The notes: generated by a model from the sequence alone, not told the origin. A DNA stretch of 62,588 bases, filler included, from Asterionella formosa (GCA_002256025.1; 20 parts of 20 records of this genome joined end to end with filler, not necessarily neighbours in it); one strand, 5' to 3'. Shown: positions 49,807-62,588, counted from the whole stretch's first letter. Numbers and translations: made by a program.

Positions 49807-51732
49807 NNNNNNNNNNNNNNNNNNNNNNNNNNNNNNNNNNNNNNNNNNNNTTAATTAATTAANNNNNNNNNNNNNNNNNNNNNNNNNNNNNNNNNNNNNN
49901 NNNNNNTGTGGGGGGGGGGGGGAGGTATACAGAGGGCAGCGGAGGGGGAGGGATAGGAGCAGCCGATGCGGCGTTGTCCGAAGTGGACATGATGGAGAGA
50001 GTTTTGGTCAGCGGCAGCGTGTAGCAGCGCCCGTAGACTGAGTACTGGAGTGCAATGTATTTTAGAGAAGTAGGGAGCCCGGAAGTGAGTACGCTACTAT
50101 GTTGAAACTATTCACTTACCATGAATATATGTATTCCGTCACACAGATTTTCCCATCACAATGTGTCCAACGATCAATTTCGATTGTTCACTGTATTAAC
50201 TAATGGGAAGGAATTGTGTGTTAGGCTTGTCTTGTCTAGCTTTTAATACAACAGGCAGTTCCAATCATGATGGTATGGTCATTTACCACAACAATGACAC
50301 GAATCCATGTTCAGTTCTTTCCATATTCCTCAATAAATCGTTAAGACATTGATGTTCAGAACTTCTATATACTCTTTGTATACAATTTACCTTGATAGAT
50401 ATAAAAGGATGTGTTACTTATGTTCTAACGGGTGATTCTTGTTAGCATTGATCCAATTACAGCACTTACCGCGACCGTCCCTTATTCACATTTAATTTGT
50501 CCCCGAAAGTATGCATATACAGGTAAGCAAATAAACACTTGAAGAGAATGCACGCATTGAGTTACTGTCAACCCAACAATTGAATATTCTGACATATTCC
50601 TGTACACACAAGTCTTAATATAATTGAGCCAACAACATATGTATTTATTTACTTCTATGTTTGAATATTTCAAACACCCATGTACCGGTACTGTCGTACA
50701 CATAGATCTGAATATCATCAATATTACCGATACTTATTTTGATTTTTTTCCAATGTTGTATGATTTCATTTGTTTTGAATTTAGTCTGTAAAAATTTCAG
50801 TAAGTGATATTAGAATATATACAATGCTGTATGAGTTCATAATTTACCACGACCTAATATAAGGTATAAATATAGGTTGTATGATAATCCGGTAAGGAGT
50901 TTTAGTTAATGATATAATTAAGCCCCATCTTGGATGTGACATATATGTAAAAAAGGGTTAGGGTTAGAATGCGAAGTATGAATACATACTGTGGTTGTAC
51001 AAAATTTGGCGTAAAATGGATCTTACGATTACCGGTAGCTGTTTATGATCTTAATTCTAGTGTTTGCGTTATCATGGTGTACAGTAATACATTTTAAAAC
51101 ATGCATTGTTGTAAATAGGGCCCAAATTTCATCTAAATCTATCATGTTCACAAGTAAGGACTGCTAGGAGGACGTAGTAACAAAGTACCGGTAGTTATGA
51201 ACAACTGTTCACATCTTCTTGAAGGACATGATATCATGATGATGTACGTATCTGGAGATATGACCTTTTTCCATTTGTGAACATAAATATATATACGCAC
51301 ACCATCTTTATATCCATATGTGTGTAAGTAGCTATCGGTATGTTATTTGTCCATCGCAACAGTACTTGTAAGAGAATTTATATACGATGTCCCATTTCCC
51401 TTAGTTTTTAGCAACACTTCATCATATGCTTCTTGTCATTCCTCACCACACCTGTTATACAATCATGCCTCCAAAACCTGTGACTACAAAACCAGTGCGA
51501 GATGCGACAGTTGCAAGGAGAGTGCCGGATTTGGCTCCAAAGCGAGTGATAGCTGATTTTGGAACCTTTCCTACCAGTTGTTTTAATAAAAAGCAAAAGC
51601 AGTATACTGTTCATGACGGCTTTGGTGGTGCANNNNNNNNNNNNNNNNNNNNNNNNNNNNNNNNNNNNNNNNNNNNTTAATTAATTAANNNNNNNNNNNN
51701 NNNNNNNNNNNNNNNNNNNNNNNNNNNNNNNN

Positions 51733-52690
51733 AATCAGCTACAAAATGGCGCTCGGCTTGACGATCGAGGGTTTCAAGATGCGTTTTCAACTCGTCCACC
51801 TCAATGACTGTTCGTTTCTTTCGTGTTCTCTTCTTCTTCCGCCCACGTTGGGCATTGCTGCTTGAAGGCTCGCCTTCGTCGTCATTTTCGTCTACAGATG
51901 GAGAGACTAACTCACTAGGATCTTGACTATAGAGCAACTCCTCCACTTCTTCGTTCCAACGTACAGCATTGCCAGATCGCCTGTTACGAGCATCCAACGA
52001 CGACGACCGTCTTAGCAGCGGCGTTGTGGACTCCGACTTTGTCACGTGGATGACATTGACAGAAACATCCTCGGCCTTCAATCCATTGGTATCATAAATT
52101 ACCCTCCACGTTGGATTGGTGAGAATTTCATAGGCCATGCTGACGGCCTGAAAGCGCAGTTTGGCAATCTCGGAGACCGACCCGCCAACAGACGAGGACG
52201 CGGTATAACGACGAGTATCCTGATTCTCGGCGAGAACTTGACGACCTCGTCGAAAGTATGCAATACGCATGTCTCTGGCAGAAGAGTTTCTAGGAATTTC
52301 CAAAACATGTTCGTAAAGATCGGCAGCCGGACCGAACGCAGCTGTAATGACATGAACATACGATGTCGGAATAGCACCGGAATAGGAATCGGCAGATTCA
52401 ACAGTACTCGGAGTTCGTTTCTCGGGAGTACCGAAGGCAGCTCGTGGTTTGGATGGCGTCACAACTCGAACGGGTGGTACATGGTCGCCAGGACTGCGGG
52501 ATGAATCGCGTTTGCTGAGCCGCACTTCGGCCTGCTGCATTGCTGTTTGGTGCGAAGGGCTGCCCAAGTTCTTTTCCTTTCTACGCCTACTCGTCGAAAC
52601 TCCTCCGTCCGCAGAATCCCAGTCGTTGTCGTCGTCGTCGGGTGTTGGAGTCGCCCATGGGCGGGACGGCACTACTAGGTTTGAAGGCAT
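51733..52690 (-). CDS. J-domain-like protein lacking HPD, 3' truncated
   Basis: DLYEHVLEI...MRIAYFR...RFQAVSMAYEILTNP..R..YD; start codon uncertain. Confidence 0.75.
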
Positions 52691-53248
52691 GACAGTCGAT
52701 TCCACGCTCCGACAGATTGGATCTGCTTGTGACTTATTTCGAAGTTAGTGCCGGTATGCTATCTTCTTTGCTTGCCTGTTTCTCTTCCTGAGGGAGCTCT
52801 GACAATATATTTCACTTCCAGTTTGAAGTTGTCGCACTGAGCAAAACGGAGAGCAAGCTGTTGACAACGAACACTAATGTATTGTGACAGCGACGTTCGA
52901 CGTTCGACATTCTTTGCCGTTGTCAAGAAATGATAGTACTTCACACCAATTGTCAGGTGCGCACCTCACCGGTCATCTGATTTGGTACCGGTAGTCACCG
53001 TGGCTTGGAATAGCGTACACCAGTACCGATGGTTCATTTTTCAAAATTTGGTGCATTGGGTGGACCTTCCGTTGACTGCGCATGCCGAGCTATTTTCGTG
53101 GCGGCATTCTCACAAATTTTTTTCCTAATTCTGACCTTCGAGTCAGCCAGTAAGTAGTACCTGGCACCAGGTACCTGGTTGCCTTGTGAGTTTTATGAAC
53201 TTAGCGCTGCAAAGTATGCCGCTACCAGTATGCCGGTATGCATATTAA

Positions 53249-53458
53249 ATGACGCTCAGTTATCCTGACGGAGCGATGAAGCACGAAGAAAGGTCACTTG
53301 GCATCACCATGTCAACGGCATCGAGTTACGCGGAGACCACAGGATTATTGCGAGGATCCGTTGACACTCAGCTAGAAGACTTTGACGAGAATGCAACCTC
53401 AACGTCGCCTTTTGTTGAGCGCCTATTTGAGACAATACAACCCAACCATCCTTTACAA
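53249..53458 (+). CDS. 5' end of an unidentified gene
   Basis: ATG ORF open to contig end, coding-like composition, divergent from the J-like gene. Confidence 0.4.
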
Positions 53459-53599
53459 NNNNNNNNNNNNNNNNNNNNNNNNNNNNNNNNNNNNNNNNNN
53501 NNTTAATTAATTAANNNNNNNNNNNNNNNNNNNNNNNNNNNNNNNNNNNNNNNNNNNNAGGTGGAGTGTCTACAACAATAAGTAACCCAATCTTGCGAT

Positions 53600-53900
53600 T
53601 GCTGCCATGCTATCACTCCAGATGATCAGTTTGGACTCAGTGTCAATGTTGTGGGATTTTAAAAATTCTTGAAGAAACTGGAGAGCTGAGGCAATCCCAA
53701 ATAGCTCCGCTCATGTTGAGCTATTCAGACGAGGATCTCCATCCACTGGCCCCAATCCTGTGGCAATGATAGGTGCTATCCTGGTGCAGTCACCAGTTCG
53801 CTGCTTGGACACACCAACCAACAAACAGTGAGAATCAGATTCCATGGATGCATTGGTTGCAAGTTGGCATAAAAGACCCAGCTGTAGGTTTCAATGAAAG
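53600..53900 (-). pseudogene. RNase H-like relic of a non-LTR retrotransposon
   Basis: YSWVF...GPVDGDPRLNSST*AELFGIASAL resembles the S.RAEL.G motif. Confidence 0.5.
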
Positions 53901-54465
53901 CATTTTCCCCCATTAAGGTCATATTGAAATTGTCAACAATCCTACTTTCAAACACTGTCAAATTCGCCATGTGTTGCTGAAATGTTTGTGTGCCCTGACA
54001 GGAACCCTGCATTGGTAGAAACTCTGCCTGAATTTTCTTTATCCCAATGGTTCATCTACATTTGCATGGAACAGTGTTAATGGGATGCTTTCTTAGTTAT
54101 GCCATTCTCTCAGTAGCAATATAAATCTTTGGAAGATAATATCGATTTTGCCTTGTGGATGTACCAATGAATCCAAATATCTCCATCTAACCTATTTGTT
54201 TGTGCACTCATGCCCCTGGCTATGTATCATATGTGAATAAAGCAATATTATCACACCATGGCCTTTGTGGCTTTATCAATGACTAATATAAGATATTTAA
54301 CAGAAAGATTTCCCTGATCAGGAACAAAAGAGTAAAGTAGTCCAAAATGTTTCATACTACCCCATCAGTCATCACCCATCCTTGCTCCATTGAAACTGAG
54401 TGAAAAAGAAAAACGTAACAGCTATCAACGCATAGTTTTATTTCATGCTTGAACAGGATGATCTG

Positions 54466-55238
54466 TCATTCATTATCAGGACAAGGCCATGTCTCGCAAA
54501 TGACAGCTCCATCCACAACCTTTTCACCTTCTTGGAACATGATCTTCCCCATTACTTTTTCATGCTCATCCTCTGATGTCATGAGAAAAGCAAAGTCCTG
54601 TGAAAACGGATCAAGAAGGTGAGAAATTCATAATCCAAAATGTGTTCATTAGCCTCATTCTAGGAAGTTGGTAAATGATAATTGTTGCTCAAAAGAAATA
54701 TAACGTACGATGGTTTTGACATCACAAAGGTCATCTCCATATCGAATTATATCGCCTTCTTTCTTGTGCCATTTTAAAATCGTTCCGGCTAAGCGAATAG
54801 AGTCGAATCAAAGATTGTACGAATGATGTAAGTGTGAATTAGGTAGATAAGCAACAGTTCGACAAACAATAAGTTACACTAACCATGAGAATTACCAATG
54901 TCGGGCATGCGTATCTCTTTCTTTCCCACCCGTTCATCGTGTTCCATGTTTTTGTTCACGCGTTCGTTTTCTTCTTCTTCTTCTAGTTGTACATCTTCGT
55001 CGAGTTCTTCAAGTTCTTCGTCGTCTAATTGTTCGTCAACTAGTTCTTGTTGGAATTCTTCAGGGAAAATTGCCTTTTTTTTGTTTTCTCGCTCATTATC
55101 GGCGATATTATTACTAAACGATCTTGGCAGCGACATTGGTCGACTGGATGGCGTATTAGTATAGTGGCAATGCACTACTGGCAGGTGTCGGCGAACCAAA
55201 CGGCTGGCATTTAAAAGGAACCATCGTCGAGTCAACAT
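54466..55238 (-). CDS. Single lipoyl/biotinyl-like domain protein with mitochondrial-type presequence; exons 55238-54884, 54788-54709, 54597-54466
   Basis: Spliced product ...EIRMPDIGNSHAGTILKWHKKEGDIIRYGDDLCDVKTIDFAF...MGKIMFQEGEKVVDGAVIC; introns GTTAGT..TAG and GTACGT..CAG. Confidence 0.8.
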
Positions 55239-55384
55239 ATTTCAGACACTGATACCGTACTCATTATCTGAATAATTAATAATTNNNNNNNNNNNNNNNN
55301 NNNNNNNNNNNNNNNNNNNNNNNNNNNNTTAATTAATTAANNNNNNNNNNNNNNNNNNNNNNNNNNNNNNNNNNNNNNNNNNNN

Positions 55385-57110
55385 CTCCGTCAAGTTGGTT
55401 TAACCATTGATTTCGTAAATAACACCATGTCCTGTATGGATATGATCGTTCCTATGCATCCGCTCACATTCTTTGATGATAGAGAACGTTTACAAGATGT
55501 ATTATTATATTTCGATGCACCTATGATTGTGGAATCTTCATATGCGCTGGAAATTAAAGCTGCTGAATATAATTATATAAATATTGATACAGTGGTGGAT
55601 AAACAAATACATTTTACAACAATACAACGATCATGTTTACGATCTATATTGGTTAAATATCAAACATTATTTGATGGCAAATTAAAAGTCTATCCTCACA
55701 AACAGGTACATTTGGAATTATTATCAAATGCTGTCCCTCGTCATCAACGAGCATATCCGGTCGCTCATATTCATTTAGAAGTTTTCAAAACTGAATTACA
55801 ACGATTATGTGATATTGGAGTCCTACAAAAATGTGGTGCTTCTAAATGGGCATCTCCCACTTTTATTATTCCAAAAAAGGATGGAAGTGTCCGATGGGTA
55901 TCAGATTTTCGTGAACTTAATAAAGTCATCAATCGCAATATATATCCTTTGCCTCTAATACAAACTATTCTCACTAAACGTGCTGGATATGTATTTTTCA
56001 CCAAATTGGATGTTTCCATGCAATACTATACTTTTGCATTGGATGTGGAGAGTCAAAACTTGTGTGTTATTTCAACTCCATTTGGTTTATATGAATATTT
56101 ACGCCTGCCTATGGGGGTGAAACAATCATCTGACATTGCACAAGAAACTATGGAACAGATCCTTAGTGATTTAGATGATGTGGAAATTTATATTGATGAT
56201 GTGGGTTGTTTTTCAATGAATTTTTCAGATCACCTTCATTTATTGGACACTATTTTACATCGTTTACAGATAAATGGTTTTACAATTAATCCATCTAAGT
56301 GTGAATGTGCCGTCCAAGAGACAGATTGGTTAGGCTATTGGTTAACTCCTAATGGACTGAAACCTTGGTCTAAAAAGGTCCGAGCATTGATTAATATGTC
56401 TTCACCTACCAATCTTAAACAAGTTCGATCATTTCTCGGTGCTGTTACTGACTATCGAGACATGTTTCCTAGACGATCGCATGTTCTTGGACCACTTACG
56501 GATTTAATTGGAACTAGTCCCTTTGTCTGGTTACCTATCCATCAACAAGCTTTTGAAGAAATGAAAGCATTGTTAGTTGCAGATACACTCATGCGTTATC
56601 CTGACCATAATCTCCCTTTTCATATCTTTACTGATGCCTCTGATTATCAATTAGGGTCGGTCATTATGCAAAATGATCTCCCAGTTGCTTATTATTCTCG
56701 CAAATTATCTGCTGCTCAAAAGAATTAAACTGCTATTGAAAAAGAATTACTTTCTGTGGTAGAAACTTTCAAAGAATTTCGCTCTATGTTATTGGGCGCA
56801 GTTCTACATGTTCACACTGATCATCGAAATCTTATTTATAATACATTACATACACAACGTGTTCTACGATGGCGACTTTACATTGAAGAATACCATCCTA
56901 CTTTTCATTATGTGAAAGGGACTGACAATGCTATTGCAGATTCCATCTCTCGCCTCCCGAGGCTTGAGTCTTTGGTGGAGGATGATATTGATATTGGACC
57001 GAAATCTCCAACATCAACTTCCACTTCTACTTTTTCAATTGAATTAGATGATGAACCTCTGCTTACATGTTTCCTTAATCATCCCATCTTGACAGACAAT
57101 ATTCAATATC
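55385..57110 (+). pseudogene. Ty3/gypsy pol (RT and RNase H) with premature stop at 56726-56728
   Basis: [54 protein letters not shown]. Confidence 0.95.
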
Positions 57111-58382
57111 NNNNNNNNNNNNNNNNNNNNNNNNNNNNNNNNNNNNNNNNNNNNTTAATTAATTAANNNNNNNNNNNNNNNNNNNNNNNNNNNNNNNNNN
57201 NNNNNNNNNNTATATAGCTAAAACAAGGAAAGACGACACAACAATGAACGTGATGGCTGGTTGTTGAGGATACCGGTATGTGATATGCATCAATCCATCA
57301 TGTCACAAATCATATTATAGTGATGTACATATCAACGCATCCGTATACTTAGATCCTATCCACTGTATAATACTATCATATTAAGTGTTGACTTTAACTG
57401 TATACAGTAATCGACAAACACATATATTAATTAACATACTTTATGATTGCTTGATTTATATTCTATGATGTATCGATAACACTTGCGTACATATTTTGTC
57501 GTATTTTATTGTCATTGTACTATTTTAACATGATCATATTTTGATCAAAATTGTATCATAAACATTTCAAATAATCAACATAGTTTAATGATCAATGTAT
57601 CATAGCTATGTGATGTACTTTATTCATTATTTCGTATCATACTTTTGTGATGTATGCATCGATGTAACCTTATCATGATATCACAGTATCATCTTATCAA
57701 TCATGATGAGATGATTGGGAAGCAACTGTATTCTGCATCGTGCTACAGGGTATATTTTTATATCACGCAATTTAGTAGCGAAGTCACTCCGCCTGTAATG
57801 TACTAAAGTCGACAGTGCACATACCTGTACTCGCACGCTAATCAGGTTTGAGGCAACGGACAGTGGTTCGAACGAGCGAATGATGATACCACGGGTAGCG
57901 AAAGAACTTGTCCCTCTATTGATGAGGATGACACGGACACTGACTTTTCCAGGAGCAAACAACAATGAAGAGACCCACTTGTCGCTCTATTAATGGTAAC
58001 AAAGATGCGTACAAGTTCAATAGTTAATTCAAGTACAGTATGCCAAATGCAGAAACGAGCGAGCGATATGAAAATGAAATGCGTTCTAATCAGAATCATT
58101 CTATAACTATAGCTATGTGGACAGTAGTCTGTTACGCACATTTTCGTATCTCCTTCTATGCTGAATCGAAATAGTAGATGTAGTATCATGTGAGAATTGA
58201 AAATGTCAACGAGAACAAGTAGAATGTGTTTGTTTACTGGTTGATTGGCGAGATTGTCATGCTGAAGTGGACGAAACGGATATACTTTGTGCGCAAAATC
58301 GGAAGTTGGTAGGGTTTATAATGTCGTTTATTTCTCCGTTCTGAATGATTGGACCATTAATAGCAGCAGCATCATGATCTAC

Positions 58383-58679
58383 TTAACTATCAAGGAATAA
58401 ACCATTATCATAGTCATCGGCATCAAAACAAACTGTTTGAACGAAATCAATGGCTGCTGGCGATTGTTTCAGGAATTTGGCAAGGGGGTCTTGAGAGTGG
58501 TGTCGTCCATCTCTTGGAGAAGTTGCTGCCATTGATGATGTCTGCGATGCTTGAATCTGAGATTGAATCATATCTTGTTGCCCACACGAGGGGCTGTGTC
58601 TGTGATGACCACGAATTGATTTAAAAGGACCTTTACCACAGAATTGACATTTGTCGTCGTTATTGTCACACAGATCCAT
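58383..58679 (-). pseudogene. N-terminal fragment related to the Plavaka protein at 7740
   Basis: DDKCQFCGKGPFKSIRGHHRHSPSC versus DDCCLICGKGPFVSLHRHNAHSPEC; a VQT..F motif is also shared. Confidence 0.65.
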
Positions 58680-59036
58680 GATATTTACTGTCGTTGCAGT
58701 GCTGTGTTGGCGAGAGAAAAATAAGAATAACCGGTAGCTAAAATAATGGACCTTGTTCGGCACATATTTGGCAAACAATACTACCTGGTACCATCCTCAT
58801 CAGTAGACATAATTCCACCAGTGTTGATTTTGAGTAATAATAATCACGTAAAAAAATTGGGTTGCCTACCACTGGCTAGTAGTACATTTACGTAGTACCG
58901 GTAATAACCTACATAAGATGAAAACTGGGAAGAGGGNNNNNNNNNNNNNNNNNNNNNNNNNNNNNNNNNNNNNNNNNNNNTTAATTAATTAANNNNNNNN
59001 NNNNNNNNNNNNNNNNNNNNNNNNNNNNNNNNNNNN

Positions 59037-59675
59037 GGCTTTTCCATCAGCATTGGATATCTTCACTTTGTTCTTGTCATTCACAGCCAAGTTCCTAAGT
59101 GCTCCACAACCATACTCTTGCACAGTAGCATTTGAGGAATGAATCTTCATTGCAGACAGAATCGTAGTGATACCTCCTGCTTCAGCAATCGTCACTCTGT
59201 TGTTTTCATTAACAGTCAAGAAGTGAAGTGCTACACAACCATAGATTTGCACAACAGCATTTGAGGAATGAGTCTTCATTGCAGACAGAATAGTAGTGAT
59301 ACCTCCTGCTTCAGCAATAGTAACCTTGTTCTTGTCATTATTCCAAGCCAAGTTCTGAAGTGCTCCACAACCATTTTCTTGCACAGTAGCATTGGAGGAA
59401 TGAGTCTTCATTGCAGACAGAATCGTAGTGATACCTCCTGCTTCAGCAATCGTCACCCTTTGGTTTTCATCATTCCTAGCCAACTGCTGAAGTTCAAAGA
59501 GACCATTCTCTTCCACTGTAGCATTTGAGGAATGATTCTTCATTGCAGAAAGAATCGTAGTGATACCTCCTGCTTCAGCAATCGTCACCTTGTTGTTGTT
59601 TTCATTCACAGCCAAGTCATTATTCAAAGCCGAGTTCATAAGTGCTCCATATGCATTCTGTTCATTCATTCTCAT
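59037..59675 (-). CDS. Armadillo-repeat protein fragment
   Basis: 42-43 aa repeats VTIAEAGGITTILSAMK.HSSNA.VQ..GC.AL..L. Confidence 0.9.
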
Positions 59676-60419
59676 CTGTGAAAGAATTTCATTAAACGGA
59701 GACGGAATTGAAGTGGTTTGAATTTGGGTTGGTGGGCAGGGGCGAAAGTAGGGGCGATATTCATCGCCATGGTTGATTTATGAAAGGACGCCTTATTACC
59801 TGGTACCAGGTACTGTTTCCCTTGGTCTTGGAGACCTCCTCCGAATTGTACAAACTTTGATTTGGTTCCTTCCTGTATCGAATGCCTGATTTTTCCTTGT
59901 CCTTGTCTCTCTCGTGTTTGAACTACCGGTACATACATAATTCTTGAGTTCTTCCAATTCCTCTAGTGGATTTCTACTGTACATGAAAGATCTAAATTCG
60001 TTCAGTCATTCCTATCCTGGAATTTTTGTCCAACGTGATTACAATCATATTCTGGATATACCTATACTGGTACCACGAACAGGTAGTATAGCTATACCAA
60101 CATCTACATATCATGCATGATGCAAGATGATGATTGTGCTACCTGGTACGTAGTAACCAGTCTATCTAGCCGGTACAAATAGATTGTAAACACAGTACAC
60201 AGCTACCTTGTACGGTACGGATGTATTGTTGTTACATCGGGGTACATGTACATACCGTTATGTCTAATACTGCATAGAGTAAGTATCTACATCAAGATTC
60301 AGGGTCGTACACACGTGAAATTGTTTAGTACCTGGGGTTTGGTACCAGGACATCTGTTTAGTCACATGCATGGAGTAATATTGGCCGTATTGGTACGTGG
60401 TACCTGGTACCTCGTTGTT

Positions 60420-60762
60420 CTATCCAGTAGCATGTCCAAAAAAAAATCCGATATGAAGTTCAGTAAAGACAGCATTGACCTTGAGAGCCTCTGCAATGGC
60501 CTTGTCTCCGTCACTACCAATTGAATTATTAGAGAGACCAAGTCTAGTCAAGACAGTATTGACCTTGAGAGCCTCTGCAATGGCCTTGGCTCCATCATTA
60601 CCAATTGAATTATCAGAGAGATAAAGTTCAGTCAAGACAGTATTGACCTTGAGAGCCTCTGCAATGGCCTTGGCTCCGTCATCAGCAATTGAATTACTAG
60701 AGAGATAAAGTGTAGTCAAGACAGTATTGACCTTGAGAGCCTCTGCAATGGCCTTGGCTCCG
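60420..60762 (-). CDS. Ribonuclease-inhibitor/NLRC3-like LRR protein, C-terminal fragment
   Basis: 28-aa (84-bp) repeats GAKAIAEALKVNTVLT.L.LS.NSI..D. Confidence 0.9.
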
Positions 60763-61159
60763 NNNNNNNNNNNNNNNNNNNNNNNNNNNNNNNNNNNNNN
60801 NNNNNNTTAATTAATTAANNNNNNNNNNNNNNNNNNNNNNNNNNNNNNNNNNNNNNNNNNNNGGTGAGAAGCTCAAAGCATTACATCATCCATTCGATAC
60901 ACAAATGAATGAGGCGATGAACAATGCTGTTGCAAGGCGTTGTCCAAAAACCAAAATGTTTGCTGGCTCCCAAAGCCTGCTCTATTGAGTAGCATTAGTG
61001 GCAGGACAGCAGAAACAAACAAGCGCTGATATATACATGTCAGATGTACATGAAATGTTGGGGATGACAATGTCAACCCGACAACAAACCTTTTGGAGTC
61101 AACGGCAAAAAACTTCGATATTTTTAGTCGAAAGTAGGAGTACTGAAACGTTGACTCTC

Positions 61160-61420
61160 AGTTCCAGGTACCAGGTACTGTGTACATTATGTATTTGTAC
61201 CCCTGGTACCAGGTACCAGGTACCAGAACATGCCAGGTACGGGGTAATGTAGTACCAGGTACCGGTAGACGCCACCTGGTACCAGGTACCTGGTACCGTG
61301 TTCCTTCATACTATCGGTACCTGGTAGTACGATCGGTATTATTACGAAACAGATGCATGCATGATAGCGGGTTGATCGTGAGACAGAAACATAAGATAGA
61401 ACTACCAGGTACATGGTACC
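61160..61420. repeat. Dense TACC[A/T]GGTA array
   Basis: e.g. CCTGGTACCAGGTACCAGGTACCAG and CCTGGTACCAGGTACCTGGTACC. Confidence 0.9.
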
Positions 61421-62588
61421 TATGCATGCATCGTGTTACGTCACGATGTAAACCTATGTACAGCGCCATCACAAATTTAAAAATGCTACGGTACCAACAT
61501 TCGGAGATATTATGATTGGCTGAACCCCCAATGTGGAGCGACTTATGATGCGGAGGGTCGATGTGGAGTTATTATTTCCGTGGAGATATCAAGATGTCTA
61601 CGGTAAGTGACAATCCAAAAAACCCAAAAACGTTTTTTTAATACACATAGGTCTAGTAGCAAAATACATCTTATACATGGATCTGTAGATTAAGGGATTT
61701 CGCGCATTAGGGCAATTGAGCCGGAGAAAATCGTAGGAATCAAAATTGCCCCAGAGAGATTTCAACAATCGCCCCAGTATATACCTGCTAACAAGCAATG
61801 CGAGTACTGGTACGTTCCATACTTAGTCACATTTAAGTCATGACCCCTGATTTAAATGCATGACTGAAGGTGATCTTGTGAAGCCTCCTGCTTCGTAGAG
61901 AATGTCTATTTGTACACCAGAAACTGTAGGCCGACGATTGAATAAGAAACGGTGGTCTATTATACCCGGTAAATCTAACCCCGGATTATGTACTGGTATA
62001 TAACGACACTTATGTTGCAGCTTATTTATCGGTATGCGCGCAGAGCATTTATGCATTACTACACTTTCATTCTGACGTTGTCATACCGGTACTTGGTTCT
62101 CCAAGTACTGGTGAGTCGTATCCGGTAGCATGTCACCATTTCTCCTATCGAGACGACACGTGTACATGATGGGAAAATTCAGCTAAGACATAAGCCCTCA
62201 GTCGATTGTTCCACATGGTTCACACAAAAGACTGCTTTCGAAAGAACAGCGTAGTGGCTGGTTCTACCGTACGGCATACATCTGTAGCGAGTACCAGGTA
62301 CCAGGTACCACCCAGGGTACGGGACTGCATTGCATCAGGAACCTTGTCACCTGACTCCTGCAGTATTTACAGAAAAGAGGAAAAAGGCCCAAACAGAAGA
62401 TGACTCCTGTACATACTATGTGAGCATATACCGGTAGATACTGAGTATCATGGAAAGGAGAGGCATAAATTCGCATTTCGCTCATTCACAAGCTAAGTTC
62501 CCAACTATTTATAGCAACTCATCACCATGTGCGGTATCTGTTTCGATAACAACAAACGAAAGTCTCGCGTCCCCGTAGAGAGTAAAGT

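Noticed and set aside
61520..61780. Possible DNA-transposon end finishing in CGCCCC
   Set aside because: No partner inverted repeat or second copy seen

Overview
Eukaryotic DNA, most likely a diatom or related stramenopile (diatom-type 5S rRNA, PGRL1 fragment, plastid-lumen-type precursor, short GT-AG introns). It is not one locus. Twenty contigs are joined by artificial N44-TTAATTAATTAA-N44 linkers: 19 are about 1.72-1.73 kb and one is about 27.9 kb (10968-38846). The long contig holds a compact host-gene island (TrhO/TSTD2-like rhodanese, lumenal-type protein, PP2C, GPI8, bL32m, DCAF4-like WD40, 4-exon copine) among transposon relics. The short contigs are mostly mobile DNA (Ty3/gypsy, Plavaka, Mutator, tyrosine-recombinase element, LINE RNase H relic), plus partial ESF1, J-like, lipoyl-like, ARM and LRR genes. 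The most striking signal is the pervasive TA-CCGG-TA / TA-CC[A/T]GG-TA / TA-CTG-TA motif arrays. At three sites, comparing repeat copies inside this window shows the motif replacing a single TA. That is the pattern expected of stacked Tc1/mariner-type excision footprints, and the arrays pile up in divergent promoter regions. All family assignments are from motif recognition by eye; no database search was run.
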